64,000 nucleotides of DNA from Psammoneis japonica (taxonomy: Eukaryota): assembly GCA_008632985.1 (NCBI GenBank), contig QPGO01000044.1, positions 186,001-250,000 on the forward strand, in the 5' to 3' direction. Made by a program: the position numbers and the translations under genes. Shown piece after piece: positions 24,903 through 37,656 of this stretch. The notes beneath the pieces were generated by a model that saw nothing but the letters and a program-made list of their open reading frames with translations, did not search any database and had not been told where the DNA came from. Within the stretch, counting starts at the first letter, position 1. Each line of letters begins with the position of its first letter.

Positions 24903-27429
24903 GGTTGCCGATCCTACGATACGACAGCCAGAGGAATGTGTGCTGATGCACGACGTAACAGCGCTTCGCTACAGTACGGTTTTGTGAGCCTTCAAACGCA
25001 ACGGCTATAATTTGCGACAAATAGGTATCGATACAGTAAAATCATAAATATAATAGAAGTTGGATGCTCCATTCAAAATGTTTTCTTCGCGCTCGTACAT
25101 TATTTATAACGTTGACATCGCAAAGAGAGCACCCCCGCCACTCCCAACCCCCGCCAGCGCTATATCCCTCGTGAAGATTTTCGTCTGTTTTTTGTCCGTT
25201 CGTGCTCCTGTGGGCACGAACGGAGGCTGCGTAGGAGCGTACTGCCAAATCCTGGAGATGCCCGTTTTCATGCCAACAAAAAAAGGAGACAATGGCGTCG
25301 TTCTCAGTTCTGTATCAATGCCGAAGTCGCGACGTCTAGAACCGCAGCGCGCCGTTTTTCTGCTCGTAGACTTGCACGCTGTCATGGTGCAAAGGTCATT
25401 GCATGCACAGAGTCTACGATGAGTCTGTGCTGGAGCAAGAAATCTCGATTTGAATTCTCAGCAACCAACCGTGACTTTTTGAATTTTCATTTTTATGCTG
25501 CATCCCAAGTGGTCTTACCATCTCGCATCCCAGATTCTACACACACAAGACAACACAGAGATGTCATTCCATGCATGCCAACACCAATGGATGAATCGGC
25601 GTTGTGCTCTGTGATGACGTCCGAGTCAGATTGGGTGGAGCACTTCAATCCATCAGAGGACTTGAATTTTTGTGACAAGGATCTCCACTTGATTGAGGAC
25701 AGCTTGATGGATGAGCATGACAGAACCGAGCAGTCAAAGGACCGCCCAAAATGGAAATTGGACAACGATGGGAAAGACGTCAAGATCACCTTTAGCCAAG
25801 CTCCCCAAAAGGCATGGGAGACGGCCAAAGCTGAGATTCTGGGATGTCGTGAGAGGGTGAAAAAACTTGCAGGAAGAGAACACAAATTGACCGCCATTGA
25901 GGACATTGCATTGCCATTTGTGGGTGGTGCACAATCAGCCATGCGAAGAAGCAGAATCATCTTTACGTGCCACTGCACTCGGAGCACCGGCAGGACAGCA
26001 TGGCACCGTGCATTGTGGTGAAAAATGGACAGAAATTTGGAAATCTTGCAGAGAAGACAGAGCGCATGATGTGCATGGTTTTGCTGGAGGAAGACAGGCT
26101 GGACATGACACATCAGGGACTCAGAGCTTTTGACGTGGAGCGAGAATTAGGAAAGTGTCATCCGTGGGTGTTTGTGATGTCACCAATTGGAGCACGACCG
26201 TGCCCATCACTGAAATGTGATGATGACATGGAAGACCAACAGCACACATCATGTCTGAGCTGTTTGCATCTGTGATGTGAAACTGCCAGCAGCCAGAGAG
26301 CACACCATTTTTCAATGACAGAGCAACATGGTGTTCATTGTTGTGGGTTGCTGTTGACAGGATTTGAACAAGATTTTAGTTTGTGGCACACAATTGTGTG
26401 TGCTCTGAGCTCTGCATGCATTGTGCAATGCAGTTTGCTTTTGAGCCACTCAGTGCACAAGAACAACAACAGTGGTGCCGATGTCATGACACCAGTCTTT
26501 CTGCTCCTGTGACGGTCTCTGGTGGTCTCTGCACGGAGACTCATCTGCCATTTAGACAGCAGCAAGGAGTCGTTGTTTTCTTCCAACCATTTTCTCTTCA
26601 ATTTCTGTCAGGTTGACAGTCTTGCTCATTTTCATCCATTTTGAGTGTTCATCATGTCATTGAGAAATTTTTGATGACGTGCATTGTTGGCGGTGGGAAG
26701 CATGTGCCCAACTTCCCCATTGCTGTGTGTTTGGATGGGATGATTGCATTGGGATCCATTCAAGGTTTTTCATCACCAAATGCATCTGTTCAATGAACAA
26801 TCATCCACCAGAAGTTCTTGAGCTGCTGACAGCTGAGATTCAAAATTCCCTTTGGCTGTTCTTTCTGCCTGCCAGACAGACCAGCCTGCATTGTTTGGGC
26901 CTCTGCACTCTGCATGCACTCTGTGCACATGCACTCCAACTCTGGCCCTGCCACATGCATGCCAAGTCCATTGCCACCTGTCCACCCTGGATTGCTGGTC
27001 TTCCACAGTTCCACAAGGTCCACAAGGACAACTGTGAGAGGAAGCAGCTGTGGTTGCAGTCTGCGTTGGGGCAAGAGTGCCTTTCCCACATTTGTTTGTC
27101 CCTCCACAGCTCCTTCTTTTGGCCGGCCTGATCGGGTCATCCAAGCAACATAAAATGACAAAGGTTTGGAGGTTTTGTCCACCTCTGGCCAGCTTGTCAG
27201 CAGGGGTTTCTAGCCCATTGCTCTGCTCTCAAGCAACCCAAAGCACGCCAGTGGTGGGTTTGGACGTGATGTCACAACTCCAAGGACCAGATGGGAAGCT
27301 TGGCACTTTTCACCACTGATGGGACACCACAGCCCGGCTTCTGATTTGCAAGATGGCTCAAGATCTCAAGTCAAGTTTCAAGTCAAGTCCAGCTGAGCTC
27401 CTGGATCAAGCTCCAATGCTCTCCACAGC

Positions 27430-29690
27430 TGCACCATGGTTCTCACCAGGCAGCAACAAACCAACGGTTTTGAGCACATTTTGAGTGTTGTCCTGAAACA
27501 AGCTGCAAACAGCCCACTGTGCTCTGCCCTCAGCATTGATGGGACCAACTCATGCCAGGATCTCTTTGCATTTACTCCAGAACATCTCAACGCCTCAGTT
27601 TGCAATGATGGCACCAGCCAGATGCCTTTGCCACACAGCCACAAAGCACTCCTCATGGCATTGATCAGCATCCACACCATTAAATTGCATGAAGGTGCTG
27701 GTGTCAGTGACAACCCCACCTTGTTTGCACATGAAGAATTTGCTGATTGTGATTTCAGTCATAAACACATTGCATTCCTCTCTTCTGGCATTGCACCATC
27801 CACACCCACAACCAGCTCTTTGCCCCCAAAACCATGTGACCCAGTTTGTGACTTCAAACAAGGCATTGAGCATGACCCACTCACCTTCACAAGAACTCTC
27901 AAGTCTGCCCAACAAGCAGTGGCACACATGGCACACCTCCATTGTTGCACAAGCCTGCTCTCATGATGTCAACTGCATCCTCAATCCAACATGCAAGCCC
28001 TCCACACCCAAGGACAAGGCCCTGAGATGGTTCCCTTGTCTTTGTTGCAAATTGCCTCTTGGTTGGGCCAAACCCAGTCATGTTGGAGAAACAAGGTGCT
28101 GCGTTGACACAAGACAAGGCCTTTTCTTCCCAGCCATTGTTGTTGTTGGCTTCTCTGGGATCCAATGGAGTCACCAAAAGCCATCCCAGGACAACTGAGC
28201 ACTTGCACTGTTGCACAGATGGTTTTCTTGCATCTGTGGGTGGGGTGGCTGGGCCAAACCCAGCAGTGTCAGAGAGACAAGGTCCTGCATTGACACAAGA
28301 CAAGGACTTTTCTTCCCAACCATTGTTGTTGTTTTTGGCTCCTCTGGGATCAGAGTCACCAAAAGCCATCCCAAGATGACAACTGAGCAGCACTTGCACT
28401 GTTGCACAGATGGTTTTCTTGTCACTGTTGTTGGCATGGCTGGGCCAAACCCAGTCATGTCAGAGAGACAAAGGGCTGCATTGACACAAGATGAGGCCTT
28501 TTCTTCCCAACTTTGTTGTTGTTGGCTCCTCTGGGATCCAACAGAGTGCATTTTGTGGAAAGCAGCCTGGAAAAAATGACCCAATGTGATGGTGGTTCTA
28601 ATGATGGCACAGGAGCCAATCCTTGCAATGTCATTTTTGGGTGTTTTTGGTGCAATTGGTCAGCCAACCTGCCAACAGAAGCACATGTTTGCTGCATTTG
28701 AATGCATCTTGCAAAATGACAAAGAGGCAAGGCACTCATTTGTGAACATGTTGGCTCTTCTGATGCTCAAGCAGTGTGCCGCAAACTGTTCAAGTGCACC
28801 CTTGCATCTGCTGCGCATCCCTTGAGTCATTGACCCTTCTCACACACACCACCACCACTTGCCTTGTGATGGCACCCAGAAAGCAACCACCCATGCCTTC
28901 ACACTTCACTGGCAGGACACCAACTCCGCAAGTGCAAAGCTCTGATCCTGACTGCAGACTGCTTCTCTGCTGGCCAGAAATGCATGTCATGCTTGCAAAT
29001 GCCACTCACCCTGTTGAAGAACTCCGCTCAGCAAAGAACCAAGCCAACCAGTGTCACACACAGAGTGGCATGAGCTTTTCATACGAGCAACATTGTGGGC
29101 TCCTGCTTTCTGTGGCGGCACAGTGTGACAGCACTTTCACCCCCAAGATGGCCTCCTGTGCCCTGCACCATGCCATCTCCGCCCATGACCTGGTCCCCAA
29201 CGACTCCAATGATGATGCATTTTTTGACATCAACAGTGACGTTGATGCTTGCAGTGCCTCCCTCACCAAGGAATGCAACTTGTTGCCAATGGACACCTCA
29301 CAGATGCACCCACTGACAGTGTCTGCTCTGGAGTTGTGTCCCTCCATGGTCTTTGCTCCATGGTCTTCGGCTGATGATCTTCCTGGCTGAACTCAACAAA
29401 CTAGAGACATGGGTGACCAACATTGGCAATGCCTGTCTCAAAGCTGCAACCAAGGAGAAACTGCACATTGCAGCAGGCCCCAAATTCAGCAAGCTGGAAG
29501 GACACATCCTTGTCATCCACAAGACTCCACATGGACCACGCAGCTCCAGCCTCAGGTGGCATGAATGCTCACCAATTGTTTGCATGCCAAAGGTCTCTTC
29601 CTGTGTCATGCTGAACCCGGCATCTGTTTGCATTGGAATGGCAACTGCTGTGAATGCGCGGCAGTGCATGTGGACAACCTGGCCTCTTTG
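27430..29690 (+). mobile_element. Ty1/Copia (CoDi-like) relic with an internal deletion (gag joined to RT)
   Basis: gag-like DFKQGIEHDP, WHTSIVAQACSHDVNCILNP and MLANATHPVEELR; RT-like LRLMIFLAELNKLETWVTNIGNACL..KEKLHIAAGPKF..LEGHILVIHKTPHG.RSS.LRWHE. Confidence 0.8.
28064..28547. repeat. Diverged tandem repeat, ~186-191 bp unit, about 2.6 copies
   Basis: TGGGCCAAACCCAG starts at 28064, 28250 and 28441, each followed by homologous TTGACACAAGA..TTTTCTTCCCA..CTCTGGGATC. Confidence 0.85.
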
Positions 29691-32031
29691 CCATGAAGGA
29701 CAATTGTGTGTGCTTGCAGTTCTGCATGTGATGTGCGACGCAGTTTGCTTTCAAGCCACTTGGCACAGAAGAATGACAACAGCAGTGCTGATGTCATGAC
29801 ATCAGTCTTTTGGCTCCTGTGATGGTCTCTGCACGGAGACTCTTCAGAGTTGTTGTTTTCTTCCACCCATTTTTTTTTTCAATTTCTGTCACTGTTGTTG
29901 TGGTCATTTGGAGCTGCAGCTCACAGCTCAGGTCATTTGAAAACAGTTGGGCAACCAAACAAGAGAGACACAAATCAGACCAATGGAAATGTCACAAGCC
30001 AGCACATCTCTGTGAATGAAAACAAAACATTTTTTTCACACATTTTCCAGCACAATGACAACATTGCACACATTTAAAAAATGCCATGATGTGCAACTTT
30101 GGATTTGTGTCAAACCCAGATGCTTTGTAGAATCACCACCAGCAGTGATGCAATGGAAAGACCCAGATGTGCAATTTTGGCCACAGTTTTTTTCTGCACA
30201 TCTTGGTTGGAAAAAAACTGTGCACAGAAATTGCACTGAGAATCCTTCAAGATGGACAGAAAAACCTGGACATGCAACAAAAGGACTGTGAGTGTTCAAC
30301 TTTTTGTCAACCAAAGTTGTGTGACACTTTCTGAAATTTGTGTTTGAAAACTTGGGTGAGCTCTCCTCACATGAAAATTGTGCATTTTCTGCATGAGCCT
30401 TGAAAACAACAGTTAAAAATGTGCACAGACAGTGACCGTTACTCAACACAATGTGCAGCACCAAGACGTGTGCATTGTGCAGTGGATGGCACAACATGAT
30501 GACCCACAAAGATGAGAGACCATGCATTTTTCTCAGAGGATTGAAATGAGTGAAGCCTTCTTCAGACTTGCACACACACATGTTGCGAAGCAGGTGGGGA
30601 GGAAAGATGCTCCAGAGCACTGCACTGATGTCTGATGCAAAAGTTCATGCTGGTGTGGCATTTTCTCCAGGAGCAGCAACAATGACTCCTCTCAATCTTG
30701 TGCCATGCTAGAACACAGCTGGCTGACCTCCAGAAACTTTGGGCAGATGGCGCAAGGTTTCTGGCTGCAGCAGATTGGTGCAACGGGCAATCTCCTGCAG
30801 AGAACATGATGCAACTCACACGCATGTGCTCACAGGCTGCAAGGTGTGTGGCGCACATCAGAGCTCCTCCATCAAAGACTTTAACACACAAGAAACAACC
30901 TTCCTTTTCTCAGAGGCAGCAGCCAGCTTCGCCCTGCTGAAGAAACAATCTCGTGCCCCCTGCTGAGGGGACGATGTCTGGCACCTTTTTTGCCTGCATT
31001 TGTCAAAGCGGCTCATGATTTGCACCATTTGTTGTGAGCTTTGCTGCAACTCACACTGGTGGTGAAAATTGATCACACAACAAGTGCCACAAGCAAGCGC
31101 AGTCCCCCCCCACCACCACAGCGGCCATCCCCTCACACAATTTTTTGTCCGCTGCATTTTGTGCTTGGCTGGCAGTTGTGCCAAAGGTCAGAAACATGGC
31201 AGGGTTGAGCTCCCCCAAAAAAAGTTCAGGGAGAGCAGCCAAAAAGAAGAAAAACTCAGCAAAGAAACAAAGCAACCCATCAGCGCACAATTTCTGATGA
31301 GTGAACGCACTTCGTGCGGACAAATGTGTGCGATGCTTGGTCAAACATGTGGTGATTCACCAATGATGTGTGTGTGTGTGTGGTTTCTCCAAGATTTTTG
31401 TCTTGAAGCTCTCACTCCTGCACAAATGTTTGCAATGTTTTGTGAGTGTGATGTGCAGCTCATGTTTGCAATGTTTTTTTAGCATGTTGCTGTGGTGGTC
31501 ATGCACGTGCTGAAAAATCAGCAGTGCCTTTTTGTTCAGAAAAGTTGCCCAGAGCAAGAACTTGCCATGAAAAAGGGAACATACACGAGAAAATAAGCTC
31601 CAATCCAAAACTTGCGGTGTGGCTTTAATTGCCGTCCCTCTGGAAAGTGGGCCCACTCTTGGTAACCTTGCGGTGGCATGGACGACGTTGTCCAAGAAAA
31701 GATTTACTGGCCGTTACAAGTACAATCTCAAATGGCACCGACCGTAAATACTTTTAACCATGCTTTAAAATATGTTTGAAATAGAGTAAAATCCGATACT
31801 GAGTTGCTTGGTTGTCCGTTGAATGAGAATTAAAAACCTTCGTGTTTTGATGCTTTCATTTGGGATCACTTCTATGTTAATAAAAGAAGTTCATGCAATT
31901 TGGTAATTAGAAATGTTTAAAGTATAATATATTTGGCGACAAGCGTTTTGGGTTATATTTCTTCTTTTCAAACACGAATATACAATTAAAGAGTTTCGGA
32001 TGATTTTTTCCCCGCCACAACGCAGTGAGAA

Positions 32032-33348
32032 ATGGCGCCCTCAACAGTACCGTCGGCATCCGTATCTCTTACAATGTCAACCCCGTCTCCACCGTATATA
32101 ACAAACCGTAGCGCCAGTAATTCGCAAAGTCCCTCTTGGCAAGAGCGGAAAGAATGTGACTACGACTTGAATCCGACTTATTTGTACCAGGCAATTGAAG
32201 CTCGAGAATGGGGCCATGTGAAGCATGTTTTTGATCAATCTTCCGCACACGATCAGGTGGTGACGTGGGTAACACGAAAAGAAATAAACGGTAAACTGCG
32301 TTGGAGACTCTTACCCATTCATGCTGCAATTATTTTCAAGTCACCGCTTGAGATTATTGAACTGCTTTTGCAGGAGTATCCCGAGAGTTCAAAATGCAAA
32401 GATGATCATGGCATGATTCCGTTACACCTTGCTTTCCGAAACGGATCCGATTGGGATGTCTTGGAAGAGCTGCTCGTTTCGTATCCTCAGGGCATTGCGG
32501 TGAAGGATCGTAAAGGCCGAACGCCCATTCAATGTGCCAACAGCGCCACACAGAAGCAAGCGTCCGTCATTGAACTGTACACTCAAATTTCCGTCTCTGG
32601 TGAACGACAGCGACTGACTAACGAAAGCCGTTCCATGATGGAATCTCGTGTTGCGGCGCTTCAAAATACGCACAACAAGTCCTTGTCGTCGCTCAAGGAG
32701 GAATGTCAAGGAAAAATTGAAGACTTGGAAAAATGCTTGATTCTGAAGGAAGAAGAACTCCTCGAGTTGAGGCAATCGCACGCTCAATCAAAAAAGGCGC
32801 TTGAAGAAAAGGAGGCATCTGAAAAGAAGCTTGCGTTGAAGCTTGAAGAGGTGTCTATGGCATTGGAATCGATGAGTAAAATGAAAGCGGCAGAAGACAG
32901 TCTTGTGCGGAAGAAGCATTTAGCTCGCGAAAAGGTTTTAAAGGATGCCAATGATGAGCTGCTCTTATTGGTACAGAACCTGCTGGGGCAACAGAACTCT
33001 CTCAAGATTGCTCTTGACAAGCAAGCTTGGGAAGCAACAGACAAGATGCAAGAGGTGGAGTCTGCTGTGAAGAACGCAACCAGTCATCACACGCAAGTTG
33101 CTGATGATGATTCTTCGTCAAGAGAACGAGACGTGTTGAGAGACTTTTTGGAAGGATCCACTCGAGATACTTCCGACCGCCTTTCGAATGTTTTGGAAAA
33201 GACACGACTTTTAGAAGAAGCGCAAGTGGACCAGGTTGAAAGCGCGCTTTCCTTTGAATCAAATCTTTTGTGCTTGGAAAGGACACGTCCTGTTGGGTCC
33301 TTCATGACACTAGAAGAAAAGAGAGATGAATCATTCCGTAGCGAGTGA
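32032..33348 (+). CDS. Ankyrin-like repeat plus coiled-coil protein, paralog of 23863-24902
   Basis: 438-aa ORF; ECDYDLNPTYLYQAIE, WRLLPIHAAIIF, MIPLHLAFRNG, KDRKGRTP. Confidence 0.85.
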   Translation: MAPSTVPSASVSLTMSTPSPPYITNRSASNSQSPSWQERKECDYDLNPTYLYQAIEAREWGHVKHVFDQSSAHDQVVTWVTRKEINGKLRWRLLPIHAAIIFKSPLEIIELLLQEYPESSKCKDDHGMIPLHLAFRNGSDWDVLEELLVSYPQGIAVKDRKGRTPIQCANSATQKQASVIELYTQISVSGERQRLTNESRSMMESRVAALQNTHNKSLSSLKEECQGKIEDLEKCLILKEEELLELRQSHAQSKKALEEKEASEKKLALKLEEVSMALESMSKMKAAEDSLVRKKHLAREKVLKDANDELLLLVQNLLGQQNSLKIALDKQAWEATDKMQEVESAVKNATSHHTQVADDDSSSRERDVLRDFLEGSTRDTSDRLSNVLEKTRLLEEAQVDQVESALSFESNLLCLERTRPVGSFMTLEEKRDESFRSE

Positions 33349-33739
33349 CCATTGGAATGCACTACTTGTAGAACGCGCTAGAAATTATAAAGTATTGCTT
33401 CAAAAAGTTACATCCTTTCTGCACCGTACTGTAATGATAGGAGTCAAAAGTGTGGTTTAATGCTTCGTATCTCAGAACAAATTTGGCAACCCTCTCTTCC
33501 ACTGCAATTGACACGACAACGAAGCTTTCTGACACTGGAACAACTCGCACGACTAGTCTAATGCGAGTACGAAAGGACACAATGGAGGGGCTCTAGCTAG
33601 GCTTGAAAAAGTTAGACCCAAACTTTTCCACGCGGAAACCTGCGCGTCTTGTGCTGAAAAATCGTCACCATGACGAACCCTCCGCCGCCTCCGGCTAGCC
33701 CTGACGGGGATTATCACCCTGATCCACCTTTTGCCATTA

Positions 33740-36000
33740 GAAGTTCCTCCTGCTCTGACCAGAACTGGCATTGGTGTGTCCAACCATTTGGAAATGCAAG
33801 AGATTGCCCATTGTTTCCAGTTGACATCCAATGACCCCAGTGCCCTGCTGTGTTGGCGATTGGCCACACTGTGATTCTCCATGCCCTCCAACAGAAAGCA
33901 ACTCAAGACCCTTTGGTCAACAAGGTGTCAATTTATTCAAACTGGCAATTCCCAACCTTTGCAGACCTTGTCATGGAGTTTCTCTCTCAGGATTGACACG
34001 TGTTGCAGTGCTGACTTGTGGTTTCCTTGATTGGTTGTTTCTTTGCAGGTTGTCTTGTTGCGCCACTCCTTGATTGGTTCAAGGGGATGCTTGGCTCCAT
34101 GGGACAATGTTTGTTCAACTTTGTCCCACAGTGGATGACACTGCATTAGAAGGGGGCGAAGTGCATCAATGGATCGGAACTCTGAGCCACAGCCCAGGAT
34201 GGATGTTTGTTGTGTGCTTCAAGTGCTCTCTTGAGATCCAGGTTGAAACATTGAGAGAGGATCATCCAGTTTCGTTTGGCTTCATTTGCAGGCTTGATTG
34301 TTGGGTGTTGTGGCCAAGAAGGCCGGGGTGGATCAAGTGAAGCATTCAAAAATTGTCTCTTGCTGGAGGTTGGTGAAGGAGATGAGCAAGTCATCTGCAT
34401 CACTGCGGACTGTTGCGTTGGCGCAATCTTGTTCAACCAAAGTTGAGCACGCTGGTCAACATCAAAGAGTGCCTTGGCCAGGAAGGATGAGTCTTTGGCC
34501 TGTTGGTTGTCATGCAAGATGCCATGTTTCTTGACATGGTGAATCCAGGTGAGGAGGTTTTGGGTCACCAGGGAGTTTTTGCCCATGACAATGGCAAGTG
34601 GGCTTGCAAAGTTTTGGATTTGGAAGGACAGAGTGTTGGCTGTGGCAGGCAACTTGAGCTTCTGTTCTGTGATCGTCTTGATGTCTTTGTCTGGCAACCC
34701 TTTTCCTTCTTTGACTTGCAAATGAAGGCACATTGCAGAGGCTGATGTTGTCTTGTTGTCATTGCTGCCTGGGGAGACAGGTGGGACTGAAGTTGTTTGG
34801 GAGATCATCTCTGTCCCAGAGGAATTCTCCACCTGGCATTGCTGCAATGGTTCCTTGCTTGAGGACTGTGAGGCAACTGAATCTGTTCCTGAGGGTGTGT
34901 TGTGCCCAGTTTCTGACTGCAGTGAATGTTGGTTGTTTGAAGAATGAGGATGCAAGATCGGATGGACTGGTGGGTGCGGTGTCACCATCCAAAGATGATC
35001 CAAAAAGGATCATTCATTGGGAGTGGGCTGCCAATTTCTCAAAATTGGCTGTCTTTTTCTCCAGGCATTTGCTCTGATCTGATCATTTGGATTGCAGGTG
35101 TGTCATGAGCTTGGTGATGCTCAAAACAACACCTTGCAGCATTGCATTGGAGGTGACACCTGGGTGGTTTGTCGCAGTGTCACTCAATGCAATGGAGGAC
35201 TTGTCAAGTTCTTCAAAGCATTGCAGAACTGCTGCATTGGCGACAGCACTTTGGGTGAAGGCTGGAATCTTGTTGTGGGCAATGGCCCAAAGGGAGGCAG
35301 CAAGCCATCAACAGAAGTTCTTGGATGTGCTGGGACAGTTTTTGTCACCTTTGTGAGCTTGATCGCAGTCATTTGTGGCCAAGAGGGTGGCAATTGGTGG
35401 TGGGTTGGATGCAGACCAGTCATCTTTGTCCATGAATCGGCTCGTTGTGAATGAAGGGAAAGGGGCAGCCAATTGGATGGAACATGGCTTTGGCGGCTGA
35501 TTCCAATTGAGTTGGAGGGGCAATGTTGTCTGCTTGTTTGTCAGCTGATTCCAGGTTTTTGATGTTGTTCCAGGTTGGGGTGTTAAGTTTCATTGTTGTG
35601 AAGAAGTCTTCTGAGTTCACTTGTGCAGAGCATGCATGTGAGCCCATTCCAACTGACATTGCATGGAATGTTTCCGACTGGAGTCTTGTGCCACCAACAA
35701 CAGCACAGTTGTGGAGCAGAACGGGATTCCCTGTTGCTTGGCATGCACTGAGGAAAACTGTGTCTCCTTTGAGATGCATTCAATGGCTTGATTCCACAGG
35801 AGTTTTGTGTGGAATCTCTCGCAGAGAGCCCAACATGTGATCTGTGTCATCGTTCAACAGTCGGTTCACAAAGAAGTTTTTCCAGCTGTTTGCCAGCAAC
35901 ATGGCAGACAAATTGTTGTCTTTTAAAGACTGGGACAACTTGACAGAGCTTGCAACACATGACAATGATTGTCACAGCATTGTCAACAACTTCCAAAGTC
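33740..36000 (-). mobile_element. Relic of a DIRS/Ngaro-like (tyrosine-recombinase) retrotransposon: ORF1 plus start of RT
   Basis: HPLWDKVEQTLSHGAKHPLEP...GNHKSA resembles the pre-RT region of Ngaro-like elements, from memory; ORF1-like DSSFLAKALFDVDQRAQLWL; TpA-depleted. Confidence 0.55.
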
Positions 36001-36683
36001 AACTGTTGACCATCGGCATGTGAAATTGAATTCACCGAATGTCGCACGCGCAGCCGAAAGAATTGACAAATCTGTCTGGTTGTCCTTCCGTCCAAATTTT
36101 GTGTGTCACACGCACTCTCCGCTCTGACTCCGAGGACCAACAAAGCATGCAGCAAGGCCAGAGTTGGGGCGTTTGCCCATGAAGTGCCTGCAGAGCACAG
36201 AGGCCTGAGCTGGGTGGACTGGTCCATCTGGCAACCCCCTGAGCAGCAACTGCCACAGGAAACTCGGAACCTCAACCATTGAAAAATCAAAAAATTCTTG
36301 GTGGAATGAACAACATTGGTGACAAGGAACCTCAAACAGACTGCCTGGAAGCAATTGCCAAATGGACATGTGCAGCAATGAAGACAATTGAGCCAACTCA
36401 AATGTCTGGCAACAAAGAAGTGTTGGGAGTGTGCTTCCATGGACAAGGTGGGCATTGTCGGCAAAACAATGACAATGATGACAGCCACTTGGCAAAGGAT
36501 GAAACAATTAGAAAGACTGTTGACATGACAAAATTTGAAGAAGAGTGTGACAGAAGAAAAACAATGCTCCTTGCTGCCATCCAAACAGCAGATGAACCTC
36601 TGTGGAGAGACTGCCACAGGAGCTGAGAGGTGCGCATCACAAAGCCAGGCTGTTGTTGTTGTTGTTGTTGCTGCTGCTGCTGC

Positions 36684-36715
<32 letters not shown>

Positions 36716-37500
36716 TTTTTGGGAGCTGAGTGGCTCAAGAGCAAAGCCACATCAATTGCACAAAAGCACATGGAGCCAAAAGCACACAAACCTGTGTTGC
36801 TGGCAATTGGAGTGATGAGTTGAAAACCCCTGCAAGGGGGGAAGCCTTTGTCATTTTGCATCAGCTGGGAAGTCAAACACAAGCAAACACAGGAAAGCAC
36901 ACCTCCAATCTTCAGTGCAGGCTGCAAGCTTCTTCTTGCAGTCATCCTTGTGGACCTTGCAGAGCTGGGGCGACCAGAAGAACAGCGGTCTGGGGTCGTG
37001 GATGTGGAGCAGCGGGCATGGCGCACTTGTGGCAAAGCTTGAGCTGGGGCATGCACGCACAAATTGTTGTGCACAGAGCACAGCAGAGACCTCTGAGTTG
37101 GGCAGCAGAGATCTCTGAGTTGGGGGGGGGGGGGGGGCTGGGTTGTCTGGTGACCCCCTGAGCAGGAACAGCTGCAAGGAGCTCGGAGCCTCTCAGCTGC
37201 TGGAAAATCTTGAAAGTCCCAATGGAGTCAATGCACCCAGCAATGAGAAACCTTGAACAGATCAGAGAACAGTTGCCAAGTTGGCACACCTGACCCGCCA
37301 ATTGCTGCAGCTGAACCAACCCAAGTGCACAGCAATGAGGAAGTCATGCAGGTGCTTCCACCAGTGCAGCGTGCGTTGTTGGGGCAATGACGATGTTGGC
37401 TGCTCAGCGGACAAAACAGTGGGCAAGGCCGCCAATCTGATGGAAGATTAAGATGAGCATGGCAAAAGAAAAATGACATCGGCCACAAAATGGTTTTGCC
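36000..37500. mobile_element. Degenerate repeat DNA related in reverse orientation to 26.3-27.1 kb
   Basis: Reverse complement of ~36720-36760 matches TTGAGCCACTCAG at ~26440; KVHKDDCKKK (minus, ~36950) versus KVHKDNCERK (plus, ~27020). Confidence 0.6.
36651..36713. repeat. (TGT/TGC)n trinucleotide microsatellite
   Basis: About 21 consecutive TGT/TGC triplets. Confidence 0.95.
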
Positions 37501-37656
37501 ATGGCGTGAGCTTTAAACTGAAAACAGAAACAAAGGTTTTATTCTTTACAGCATCGCAGAACAGCTGCCAGGGTAGCTGCATTGGCACATTTTGGAAAGC
37601 GTAAATCAACTTAGAACAGGTTGTTGTGGGATGTTTATTACCCACTTGCGCAATCT

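Larger units (their letters stand above)
25375..31575. mobile_element. Composite degenerate TE block, TpA- and CpG-depleted; contains a Copia relic and dispersed repeat copies
   Basis: Dinucleotide signature; Copia gag/RT relic inside; repeat copies at ~26385-26550 and ~29700-29845. Confidence 0.75.

Noticed and set aside
28064..28547. CRISPR-like array (also considered for the GACC exon repeats)
   Set aside because: Whole units are homologous with no unique spacers, there are no cas genes, and the context is eukaryotic.
25375..31575. Classical fungal RIP
   Set aside because: RIP converts CpA to TpA and enriches TpA; here TpA is removed and CpA/TpG gained.
36630..36815. Poly-Cys, poly-Val or poly-Leu protein
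   Set aside because: Translation of a TGT/TGC microsatellite within repeat DNA.
37122..37137. G16 run as a functional G-quadruplex
   Set aside because: A simple homopolymer in decayed repeat DNA; its length is unreliable and there is no supporting context.
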